From positions 84,845-148,844 of the forward strand of contig CAXXJS010000025.1 of NCBI GenBank assembly GCA_963662665.2: DNA of 64,000 nucleotides, written 5' to 3'. Positions 54,347-62,222 of the stretch are shown piece by piece. Within the stretch, counting starts at the first letter, position 1; each line of letters opens with the position of its first letter. The stretch is from Candidatus Latescibacterota bacterium. GTDB lineage: Bacteria; Latescibacterota; UBA2968; GCA-2709665. Both the position numbers and the translations under genes were made by a program. The notes beneath the pieces are model-generated. The model saw only the letters and a list, made by a program, of their open reading frames with translations. It did no database searches and was not told the origin of the DNA.

Positions 54347-55434
54347 TAGTGTCTTGTCCCATGAATTAGTTCAAAAAGTCTAGTAATCTTGTCAAGGATC
54401 GATTCTGCGGTGGCGGTCCAGACGAACGGTTGTGAGTTGGTGTTGTAATGGTTAGTGAAATCCTGAATGTTGGCGATGAGGTCTTTCACCTTCTTGAAGG
54501 TCCCGCGTCGGATGGCTTTCTGGGTAATGATACCGAACCAGATCTCGATTTGGTTGAGCCAAGACGCGTAGGTCGGTGTGTAGTGAACGTGATATCGGGG
54601 CCTGGCTGCGATCCAGCGTTTGATTTTTTCGTGTTTGTGCGTGGCGTAGTTGTCGACGACGAGATGAATGTCAAGGTCCTTCGGGACGTTTTGGTCGATA
54701 TATTTGAGGAATTGCAGGAATTCCTGGTGTCGATGTCGGGGTTTGCATTGGGCCAGCACCTTGCCGGAAGCGACCTCTAGTGCGGCGAACAAGGTCGTGG
54801 TGCCGTGCCGGATATAATTGTGGGTCACCCCTTCCACATAGCCCAACCCCAAAGGCAATATCGGCTGCGTTCGTTCCAATGCCTGGATCTGGCTCTTTTC
54901 GTCAACGCATAATACCATCGCGTTGTCGGGAGGGTTCAGATACAGGCCGACAATGTCACGTACCTTCTCGACAAAGAACGGATCATTGGACAGCTTGAAG
55001 TGTTTTTGCCGGTGCGGCTGTAGACCAAACGCTTTCCACACGCGCTGAACCGTAGACTTGGACAGTTGCGTCTGGGCCGCCAGAGAGCGGCAGGTCCAAT
55101 GGGTGGCTCCCGACGGCTTGTCTTTGAGCGTTGTATAAATCAGCGCGGCGATGCGCTCATCGCTGATCGACCGGGGCCCCCCGGGGCGCAATTCATCATA
55201 AAGCCCCATCAGACCTTGTTCTAAAAACCGACGGCGCCACTTCCCGACTGTGGCTCCCGACAGACCAAGCTGTCGTCCAATCTGCTGATTCGACAGCCCT
55301 TGATCACTCATCAGAACGATCTTCGCCCGACGTACATGACTGTGCGACATGCTTCTTGAACGGGAAATCGTTTCCAATTGTGCCCGAACCTCATCCCCAA
55401 TACTCAGTGGCGCTAACGGACGTCCCCTGGCCAT
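54346..55434 (-). CDS. IS630-family DDE transposase
   Basis: 362 aa. N-terminal HTH (LSNQQIGRQLGLSGATVGKWRRRF). DDE candidates are VLCVDEKSQ, LVVDNYATHK and SWLNQIEIWF. The stop codon TAG is formed by the last base of the neighbouring MITE (54346) plus the shared TA (54347-48), just outside the IS terminus. Confidence 0.9.
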   Translation of the reverse strand: MARGRPLAPLSIGDEVRAQLETISRSRSMSHSHVRRAKIVLMSDQGLSNQQIGRQLGLSGATVGKWRRRFLEQGLMGLYDELRPGGPRSISDERIAALIYTTLKDKPSGATHWTCRSLAAQTQLSKSTVQRVWKAFGLQPHRQKHFKLSNDPFFVEKVRDIVGLYLNPPDNAMVLCVDEKSQIQALERTQPILPLGLGYVEGVTHNYIRHGTTTLFAALEVASGKVLAQCKPRHRHQEFLQFLKYIDQNVPKDLDIHLVVDNYATHKHEKIKRWIAARPRYHVHYTPTYASWLNQIEIWFGIITQKAIRRGTFKKVKDLIANIQDFTNHYNTNSQPFVWTATAESILDKITRLFELIHGTRH

Positions 55435-55507
55435 AGATTCCTCCTTTCGCTATAAGAAATCTATGGCAAATAAACTATTTTTGCAACTTATTTCTGGGAC
55501 AGAACAC
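54349..55507 (-). mobile_element. IS630-family insertion sequence, apparently intact (1159 bp)
   Basis: Terminal inverted repeats are GTGTCTTGTCCCATGAATTAGTT and (reverse complement) GTGTTCTGTCCCAGAAATAAGTT. TA lies on both sides (54347-48, 55508-09). A single transposase ORF fills the element. Confidence 0.85.
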
Positions 55508-55521
55508 TAGAGTGAAGAAAG

Positions 55522-56298
55522 CTAACCCGACATCCCGTCGATTGCGCCCATCTCGGTTTCGGATAACGCCCAGTCGAAGACGTCCAGATTGGCGCTGAGG
55601 TGCCGGTCCGTGCTGGCTTTCGGAATGACGTTCATGCCCTTCTGGATCAGCCATCTGAGCGCCACGTGCGCGGACGTCCTGTTGTGGCTGCGGGCGATGG
55701 TTGTCAGTACGGGATCCTCGAGGATGTTCTTCTTCCCAAGCGGCGAGTAGGCTGTAACGACGACGTCGTGTTCCAGGCACCACCTGAGCACGTCGCGTTG
55801 CTCATAGCCCGGATGGTATTTGATCTGGTTGACGCTGATCGGCGCTTTCGAAACGGAAAATGCCTCTTCCATCTGCACGACGGAGAAGTTGCTGACGCCG
55901 ATGCTTCTGGCCTTACCGGCGTCGAAGATCTCGTTAAAAGCATCGATTGTTTCCTCCATGGGCACGTCAACCGGCGGCCAGTGAACCAGCAACAGGTCCA
56001 CGTAGTCCATCTGCAGGTACTGCAGATTCTCTTCCGCCTGTTTGACTGCAACGTCATACTTCAGGTAGTCCTGGCCGACCTTGGTCGTGATGAACAGCTC
56101 TGAACGGTCCACGCCGGACTCGCGGAGCGCTTCGCCGATCTCACGCTGGTTCCCGTAGATCCAGGCCGTATCGAAGTGGGTATAACCGAGTTCAAGCGCC
56201 TTCTTGATCACCTGCTTGCATTGCTCGCCCTTCAGCGGATAGGTGCCGTGGCCAACCACCGGCATCGTGTCGCCGGAAAGCAGGGGCAAGGATTCCAT
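55522..56298 (-). CDS. aldo/keto reductase (2,5-diketo-D-gluconate reductase-like)
   Basis: MPVVGHGTYPL, GYTHFDTAWIYGNQREIG, LLLVHWP and SIGVSNF are present. GGGAG SD lies before ATG 56298. The ORF is open to 56343. Confidence 0.8.
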   Translation of the reverse strand: MESLPLLSGDTMPVVGHGTYPLKGEQCKQVIKKALELGYTHFDTAWIYGNQREIGEALRESGVDRSELFITTKVGQDYLKYDVAVKQAEENLQYLQMDYVDLLLVHWPPVDVPMEETIDAFNEIFDAGKARSIGVSNFSVVQMEEAFSVSKAPISVNQIKYHPGYEQRDVLRWCLEHDVVVTAYSPLGKKNILEDPVLTTIARSHNRTSAHVALRWLIQKGMNVIPKASTDRHLSANLDVFDWALSETEMGAIDGMSG

Positions 56299-56461
56299 GT
56301 TTGACTCCCTGATGTCGAGGCGGTAGAGCGAATATTCTCGCACGCAAAAACGTGGCTGTCAGGGCCGAATGCCCCGTGCATACGACCAGTAAATTACGAA
56401 GAATGACGTGTCTACGGCAAGTTGTAAAGGAGCCGGCGGCAAGGGACGGGTCTTCAGCCGG

Positions 56462-57238
56462 TCACGGGGGCGTGATGATATTGGGGCGGTCGTAGGAATC
56501 CGGTTCTTCGCGGAGTGTGTAACCCAGGTCTTCCAGCCGGTACCGGGGGCGGTATCCGAGGAGCTTCTCCGCCCTGGAAAGGTCCCAGCGGCGCCTGCTG
56601 CTTTCACCCACCAGGGTGATGATCTCGCAGCCGACGCAGGGAGCGGTCAGGCCGAGCTCGTAGGCCTGTATGAGATCGGGAAAAGCGAGCCACTGGGGAA
56701 GAATCGATGTATTCGCAAGTTCCGGATCGTCGATATCGAATGGTTTGGGGATGCGCAGACAGAGTGCGGAGATACCGTGAAGTTCCGCATAGTATTCAGC
56801 GATTTTTTCGCCCAAATACTTGGTCAGGGCGTAGGTTCCCACGGGTTTCGCTGGCGCGTCGCCCTCGACCCACTGTGGCGGGGGATAACCCCAGACAACC
56901 GTAAGGCTGCTGGTGCAGATCACCCGTTTGAGCCGTTGGCGCCGGGCGGCTTCGAAGAGGTTGTAGGTGCCTTTAACGTTGATATCCATCCGCTGGCTGT
57001 TGAAGGCGTCCTCTTCGTAGTCGCCCTCCCTCCCGGTGGCGATGGCCAGGTGGATGGCCATGTCCATCCCTTCCGCGGCGTCGCAGACCTGCTCGATATC
57101 CGTCACGTCCACCTGACGCCAGCGAGCATCGTCCGGGAAAGCGCGCCGGCTCAACAGGCGAAGTTCGTGTTCGCCCTCCAGCGCCGGAACCAGCCTGCTG
57201 CCAATGACGCCCGTAGCGCCGGTGATGAGGATTTTCAT
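56462..57238 (-). CDS. NAD-dependent epimerase/dehydratase (extended SDR) family protein
   Basis: MKILITGATGVIGSRLV (TGxxGxxG) and YALTKYLGE (YxxxK) are present. Confidence 0.8.
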   Translation of the reverse strand: MKILITGATGVIGSRLVPALEGEHELRLLSRRAFPDDARWRQVDVTDIEQVCDAAEGMDMAIHLAIATGREGDYEEDAFNSQRMDINVKGTYNLFEAARRQRLKRVICTSSLTVVWGYPPPQWVEGDAPAKPVGTYALTKYLGEKIAEYYAELHGISALCLRIPKPFDIDDPELANTSILPQWLAFPDLIQAYELGLTAPCVGCEIITLVGESSRRRWDLSRAEKLLGYRPRYRLEDLGYTLREEPDSYDRPNIITPP

Positions 57239-57414
57239 GGGGGACCAGGAAATATTGACAGCGATGGACGGACGTCCGAGGTGGGAGGATTACATCAAGA
57301 CAGGAAAGTCCGGCAACTTTAAGGACTGGATCGATAAACGATAGCGAGGGGAATACGTCATCACAGGATCAGACATTGTCGACGTCAAAGGCGATCAGCG
57401 CGTAACGTGTCGAA

Positions 57415-58293
57415 CTATTCAAGCCTTTCGAGTTTGCTTAATAGCTCTCGCTCGAACACTTCGCGGCGAATTGTCTTCGCCGCAAGCAGTTTCTTGATGG
57501 TGTCTTCCAGGGTCAGGACTTCCCAGTGGCCGCGTGAGAGTTCAAAGTACCCGTCCTCATTTCGTCTGAGTTCAGGGACGAGCCAGATAATATCGCCGTC
57601 GTTAAGGTCTCGACTCGGGGCAGCGCTCGGGCCTCCGATCGATTCGAAAAACGGACGATCGACGGCAACCGCGATTTTCGATCCCCAGCGCCGAAGTGTC
57701 GGAACCTTGATCTGTAACTGAGGCATCAGACGCTTTGCGCTCGAAGAGCGCCAATCTGGCCGACGTACGGAACCGGGATAGGGCGGCTGTTGATGATCAT
57801 CATCTCGCAAGATTGAGAACTCCGATTGCATGCCTGGGCCTGAAAAATAGACTGCTTGTATTTCCAAGCCATACCAATTGAGGTTACCATTGGTTGTTTT
57901 GGCGACAACAAGGTCTATTTTTCCAGCCGGTCTGTCGGTACCAGTGCCACGCATAAATGGAACTTCGCGCGCTACCATCGCTTCGTTCGGCGAAAAGCCA
58001 ACGATTTCGGCGAGCCACCTTAGAAGAAGCTGATTGTCTTCGAATCGTGCCGGACACACGATTGCCGGATCACCATTCGGTATACCGAGTCGTCCACCTT
58101 CATTCCCTTCATAGCGCTGAATTGAACACACACCGCCGCGCTTTCGGCAGGGAGGTCGTCCTGACTGGAATGGACAGGGCGGCGTCTCGTTGTCTTCCTG
58201 TAAGGCTGATTTCGCCAACCGTCGACGGGCAGCGAGTGACAGCTCAAGGAACGGTTGCCCGTACCACTCCGCGATGCTATATCGTGGACTCAA
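57415..58293 (-). CDS. NotI-family type II restriction endonuclease homologue
   Basis: Four Cys sit in NotI-like context (CPF...C.K..GVCS...IVCPARF, compare NotI CPF...CVK...GVCV...LVCPNR). WYGLEIQAVYF compares with NotI YGVLEIQTMDF (PD-(D/E)xK core). The ORF is open to 58449. I favour TTG 58293, which overlaps the methylase stop (TTGA). Confidence 0.65.
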   Translation of the reverse strand: MSPRYSIAEWYGQPFLELSLAARRRLAKSALQEDNETPPCPFQSGRPPCRKRGGVCSIQRYEGNEGGRLGIPNGDPAIVCPARFEDNQLLLRWLAEIVGFSPNEAMVAREVPFMRGTGTDRPAGKIDLVVAKTTNGNLNWYGLEIQAVYFSGPGMQSEFSILRDDDHQQPPYPGSVRRPDWRSSSAKRLMPQLQIKVPTLRRWGSKIAVAVDRPFFESIGGPSAAPSRDLNDGDIIWLVPELRRNEDGYFELSRGHWEVLTLEDTIKKLLAAKTIRREVFERELLSKLERLE

Positions 58294-59216
58294 TGGACAA
58301 ACACCGGCTTGGGTGTAATGATCAATTCCGGTATTCTGGCGTGATGTGTATTCTTCATAATTACGCGAACCGCGTGGAAACCGTATTTCTCGCTCAAGGA
58401 TACGATTTCCGGCGCCCTGTCGTAGGTCATCAGGAATTCCGCACGACAATCAGCAAGCAATTCGAACAGTTTCGGATGATCAACCTCGTTGTGGGCATAG
58501 AGCCGTCTACCCGCTCGCTTGCCTCCTGCAGTGTACGGCGGGTCTACAAAAACCACAGTGGCGGCATTCGCTACCTTACCACAACCGCGATCGGCAACGA
58601 ACGCTTCCAGCAAGCGCACACCGTCAGTTTCCTGAAATTCGATACGGTGAGTGTGATCCGCAATTGCCCACAAGCGGTTAACGATTGTTTCGGGATACCA
58701 TCGGGACGCAACGCCCTTCCCGTTTTCACCCGCGCGGCTCAGTGCCGCACCGGGAGCAAGTATGCCGCCGCGTCGGGTTCGATTCAACACGAGAGTACGA
58801 AAACCATGTTCCAGCAGGTTTTGAGGACGTTTACTCGCAAGCGCGTTTACAGCGTCCCGTGACGGCTTGAAACGCATTACGTTTGCGCATAGCTCGGGAC
58901 CGAAATTCAACGCCGCATGCCAGAAAGCAGCCACATCAGGGTCGAGTTCCGCCATGAGGCAGCGGTCTACCAACCCTTCCATTACAGCGGTCAGCGAAAC
59001 GGTCCCGCCACCGGCGAATGGTTCGATGAGCAGCCGCGGCGTCGGCTTGATCCCCCGAAGCCATGCCCGAATATGCGGGATCAGCCAGGTTTTTCCGCCA
59101 GGGTATCGTAATGGGCTGCGTTGCGGTACTGAGGCGACGTTCACCGCCGGAATCGGCGAAACTCCAATCGCATCCAATTCCTTTGCATTGAACAGGTCCA
59201 CCTGGAGTTCGTTCAT
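58290..59216 (-). CDS. D12-class (Dam-like) N6-adenine DNA methyltransferase
   Basis: LRYPGGK, motif I EPFAGGG and motif IV VFVDPPY appear in alpha-class order. Confidence 0.8.
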   Translation of the reverse strand: MNELQVDLFNAKELDAIGVSPIPAVNVASVPQRSPLRYPGGKTWLIPHIRAWLRGIKPTPRLLIEPFAGGGTVSLTAVMEGLVDRCLMAELDPDVAAFWHAALNFGPELCANVMRFKPSRDAVNALASKRPQNLLEHGFRTLVLNRTRRGGILAPGAALSRAGENGKGVASRWYPETIVNRLWAIADHTHRIEFQETDGVRLLEAFVADRGCGKVANAATVVFVDPPYTAGGKRAGRRLYAHNEVDHPKLFELLADCRAEFLMTYDRAPEIVSLSEKYGFHAVRVIMKNTHHARIPELIITPKPVFVH

Positions 59217-59946
59217 TGTGATTCCTGTAACCTGGTCAGTAAACTTTCTCGTGGCGAATTTCGGTCTCGGAAAAGAGAATGATTGACGAACGGGTAGAAA
59301 GCCCGAATATGGCTAAACTTTCGGATTTCGAATTTCGAAACGGTCACTGTCGCCTGTGCGGCACTGTCAGGCTAAGGGAAGTCACGTTACCGCCGCAGAA
59401 ACCCTCGATCCAGGTAGACGATTCCGGTGGCCTGAGGGTATAATTATATACTCATCAAACACGTCAATGACAAGGGTGTTTTGGCCGGGTTTCCGGGTAT
59501 CTGTGTGACGTTCAACGGATTGAGGGACTTTGGTGTTCTACCATCGCCGGGTCGAGTCGCAGCAGCTAACCTTTTCCCCTTGTGAAACGCAGGCGAATGT
59601 CGATCACGTACCTTGCGCTGACAATTTATACTGTTCCTGCAGCTTCCATTTACCGATATTCTTTCACATGTCATTAGCAGAGGCAGTGGAGGAATATTCG
59701 ATGGTGACGTCGCCTCTATCGACAGCGGTCCATTAGGCCGATGCGGATAATTATTCCTGCGATTTGGATGAAAGAGGAGCGCAGCAATGCCTCGTGCGAA
59801 TTGCAGACCAAGCTGTTTGGCTGGCGATGGAGCATATCTCGGGCTCGGCGGCAACGAATGTGCGGGACCATGGTGTTTCTCGGTCAACGATGTCGACCGA
59901 TTACCGCATTGAACAGGACATTGATTTTCTCTCACAGATTGTCACA

Positions 59947-60402
59947 ATGGCGAATCGACGATTGAGCAGGACGTCACGCGTAACCTTTTATGCGTTGCAG
60001 GAGTGGGAAGGTTACGTTACTGAGATTAGCGACTTGGAATTCACCGCACGTCTGACCGATCTTACGTCCGGTGCGAAATATGCGGGCGAAGAAGCCAGTA
60101 TTCCCCTGGACGAGATATCTGATGACGACGCGGAAAAGATGCAAGTGGGGAGCATCTTCCGTTGGGTGATCGGTTACGAGCGAAAGGGACGTGCGAAGAA
60201 ACGGGTTTCCCAAATCGTGTTTCGCGACCTTCCTATGATCACGAAGTCCGACCTGCGAGATGGGCGGAAGTGGGCACAAGAGATCATGTCGGCTCTCGAG
60301 GAACGACGCGTACCAGTACATCGGAAGGTTCGCCAAGCGCGGATGAAATTGCGGTCGTTTTATTTGGACCCGGCTTTGGAGAAAGTATCGTCGTGCATTT
60401 AG
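59947..60402 (+). CDS. hypothetical protein, possibly the N-terminal part of the downstream MBL gene
   Basis: The ORF is open 59764..60402. The protein-like sequence runs to ...SALEERRVPVHRKVRQARMK. The start is uncertain (ATG 59890 or 59947, neither with a clear SD). No family was recognised. Confidence 0.4.
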   Translation: MANRRLSRTSRVTFYALQEWEGYVTEISDLEFTARLTDLTSGAKYAGEEASIPLDEISDDDAEKMQVGSIFRWVIGYERKGRAKKRVSQIVFRDLPMITKSDLRDGRKWAQEIMSALEERRVPVHRKVRQARMKLRSFYLDPALEKVSSCI

Positions 60403-61397
60403 GCGATGATAGTTGGGTGATCGTTGATTCCTGTATCAACTCCGAGGGAAGACCACGCGCATTAGAGTACCTTGAAAGCATCGGCGTCAATCCGGCGAAG
60501 GCTGTCGATGTGGTCGTGGCGACCCATTGGTACGACGATCATATACGTGGGATCGCAACCGTCGTCGAGATCTGCAACCGGGCTGAATTCTGTTGTGCTA
60601 ACACACTCCTCAACTCGGAGTTTCTCGCAGCAATCAATGCTTTGGAGGCGCGTCACCGAACATCCGAAGGTTGGGGCGTTCGAGAAATCTATCACACACT
60701 CAAATGTCTCCAGTCAAGATCGTGCAGACCAAAGTTTGCGGCTGCCAACCGAAAGATTCATTCACAGGGCAATTGTGACATCTGGTCTTTGTCACCAAGT
60801 GACGTTGCGTTTCAGAACTTTCTTAGGTCGGTCGGAACTCTGTTCCCCCGCGAGGGTCAGGCGAAGAGTCGGATTCCATCAATCTCCCCCAATGACTTTT
60901 CCGTCGTGCTGTGGATCAATATTGAGGATGTTGTCATCCTGTTAGGATCCGATCTTGAACAAGATGCATGGACCGAGATCCTGCATAGTGAAGAACGTCC
61001 GCCAAGAGAGGCGTCGACCTTTAAGGTACCACACCACGGATCTGAAGGCGCCGATGATCCGAGGGTGTGGCAAAGACTGCTTGCGTCAGATCCGAATGCT
61101 CTCGTCACGCCGTGGCAAAGAGCCGGCCGCGCCTTACCTACCCAGAGGGATGTATATAGGATCCTCTCCTATACCCCAAACGCCTATGCAAGCGCAAGAA
61201 TGGATCGGACTGCTCGATCTCCCAGATACCCGAATCGTACTGTTGCCAGAACGATCCGAAGTACCGGTATCAAACTTCGAGAGTTGAATGTGTCGTCAGA
61301 CGCGATTCGGCTCCGGCAATCTGTCAATGCGAGCGAGAACTGGCAAATCGAGACGTTTGGAACCGCCTGTCACCTCAGGGATTTTGTCGTTAAATGA
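60270..61397 (+). CDS. ComEC-type metallo-beta-lactamase-fold hydrolase (start unresolved)
   Basis: IAVVLFGPGFGESIVVHLGDDSWVIVDSC (first MBL strands), VVATHWYDDHIRG (HxHxDH with the second His replaced by Tyr) and FKVPHHGSEGA (ComEC-like HHGS) are present. The only in-frame upstream start is GTG 60270; see findings. Confidence 0.65.
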   Translation: MGTRDHVGSRGTTRTSTSEGSPSADEIAVVLFGPGFGESIVVHLGDDSWVIVDSCINSEGRPRALEYLESIGVNPAKAVDVVVATHWYDDHIRGIATVVEICNRAEFCCANTLLNSEFLAAINALEARHRTSEGWGVREIYHTLKCLQSRSCRPKFAAANRKIHSQGNCDIWSLSPSDVAFQNFLRSVGTLFPREGQAKSRIPSISPNDFSVVLWINIEDVVILLGSDLEQDAWTEILHSEERPPREASTFKVPHHGSEGADDPRVWQRLLASDPNALVTPWQRAGRALPTQRDVYRILSYTPNAYASARMDRTARSPRYPNRTVARTIRSTGIKLRELNVSSDAIRLRQSVNASENWQIETFGTACHLRDFVVK

Positions 61398-61656
61398 AGG
61401 GCTATAGGCAGATGCCAAACGTCGAATGTTGATACCGGCCCAAATTAACACGGGCGATGGATAACGCACCGAAAGCGCAATCCACGACCGTACGAAATTC
61501 GTTCGCAAAAGCAAATGCTCTTGAATTGGTTTTTAATACTTGGCCGGTCAGTTATGCGCTGACACGCAAGGAAATTAAGCTATGAAGCACTGATCACTCA
61601 AGCAACGAGTCGCCAGGATCCGTAGTAGCGAATGTTGATTGATTGAAATCAGAAGA

Positions 61657-61691
61657 GCAGCCGATGCAATTGAGACCGGCTGCCTTTTTTT
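61657..61691 (+). terminator. intrinsic terminator
   Basis: Stem GCAGCCG / CGGCTGC (7 bp) with a 13-nt loop, followed by C and T7. Confidence 0.65.
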
Positions 61692-62222
61692 GTTGTCCCG
61701 TCGTACGTTTTTTTAGAGTTGTATTACACCGAATTACGTCGTATGACATTCCTACGTATGTTGGGATGATTTGCCACGCCTTCCCCTACAGACTGGCATA
61801 TGCCAGCTCCGGCACTGCGACGATAGCGATGGAGATGAGGCCCGGTGAATCCCGCAGCCGCCGGGAGGCGAAAGATTTTTCAGCCGGACCATCGGGGTTC
61901 TGCCGATGAGGTCAGCGATCTGATTGTGTATAGCCAGGGGCTGCTCCGGGTAGACATCGAGACGCGACCGGGTCGCGCCGGCCGGGATTTTCAGTTAGAG
62001 TACCAGGATTGGCCGGGGGTGTCAACGGGAAACGGGACCGGATGAAACACCGCACCCTCGCGTAAATGCTCACGGACGAGCGGGCAGCCGTCACGAATCC
62101 TCACGGTCCGAATCGGGCGCACGAAACAGGCCGTTTTTCTTTTTTCTTTTTCCCGTTTTCCTGATTACTTTGCATCTGCCGGACGCGATTCTCAAATCGC
62201 CGGGAACGAAAGGAACTCAGGT

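Noticed and set aside
57296-57320. AGGAAAGTCCGG, resembling the conserved RNase P RNA P4 region.
   Set aside because: The surrounding intergenic space is only about 175 nt. None of the other conserved RNase P elements are visible, so this is a chance 12-mer.
59444-59935. 163-aa minus-strand ORF in the R-M islet.
   Set aside because: Its composition is P/S/R/N-rich with no motifs and no SD. It overlaps other equally poor ORFs and is treated as non-coding.
60343-60350. Programmed -1 ribosomal frameshift joining the small ORF and the MBL frame.
   Set aside because: The local sequence (ATG AAA TTG CGG) is not a canonical X XXY YYZ slippery heptamer, and I see no downstream pseudoknot or hairpin. 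An indel or sequencing error, or separate genes, is more parsimonious.
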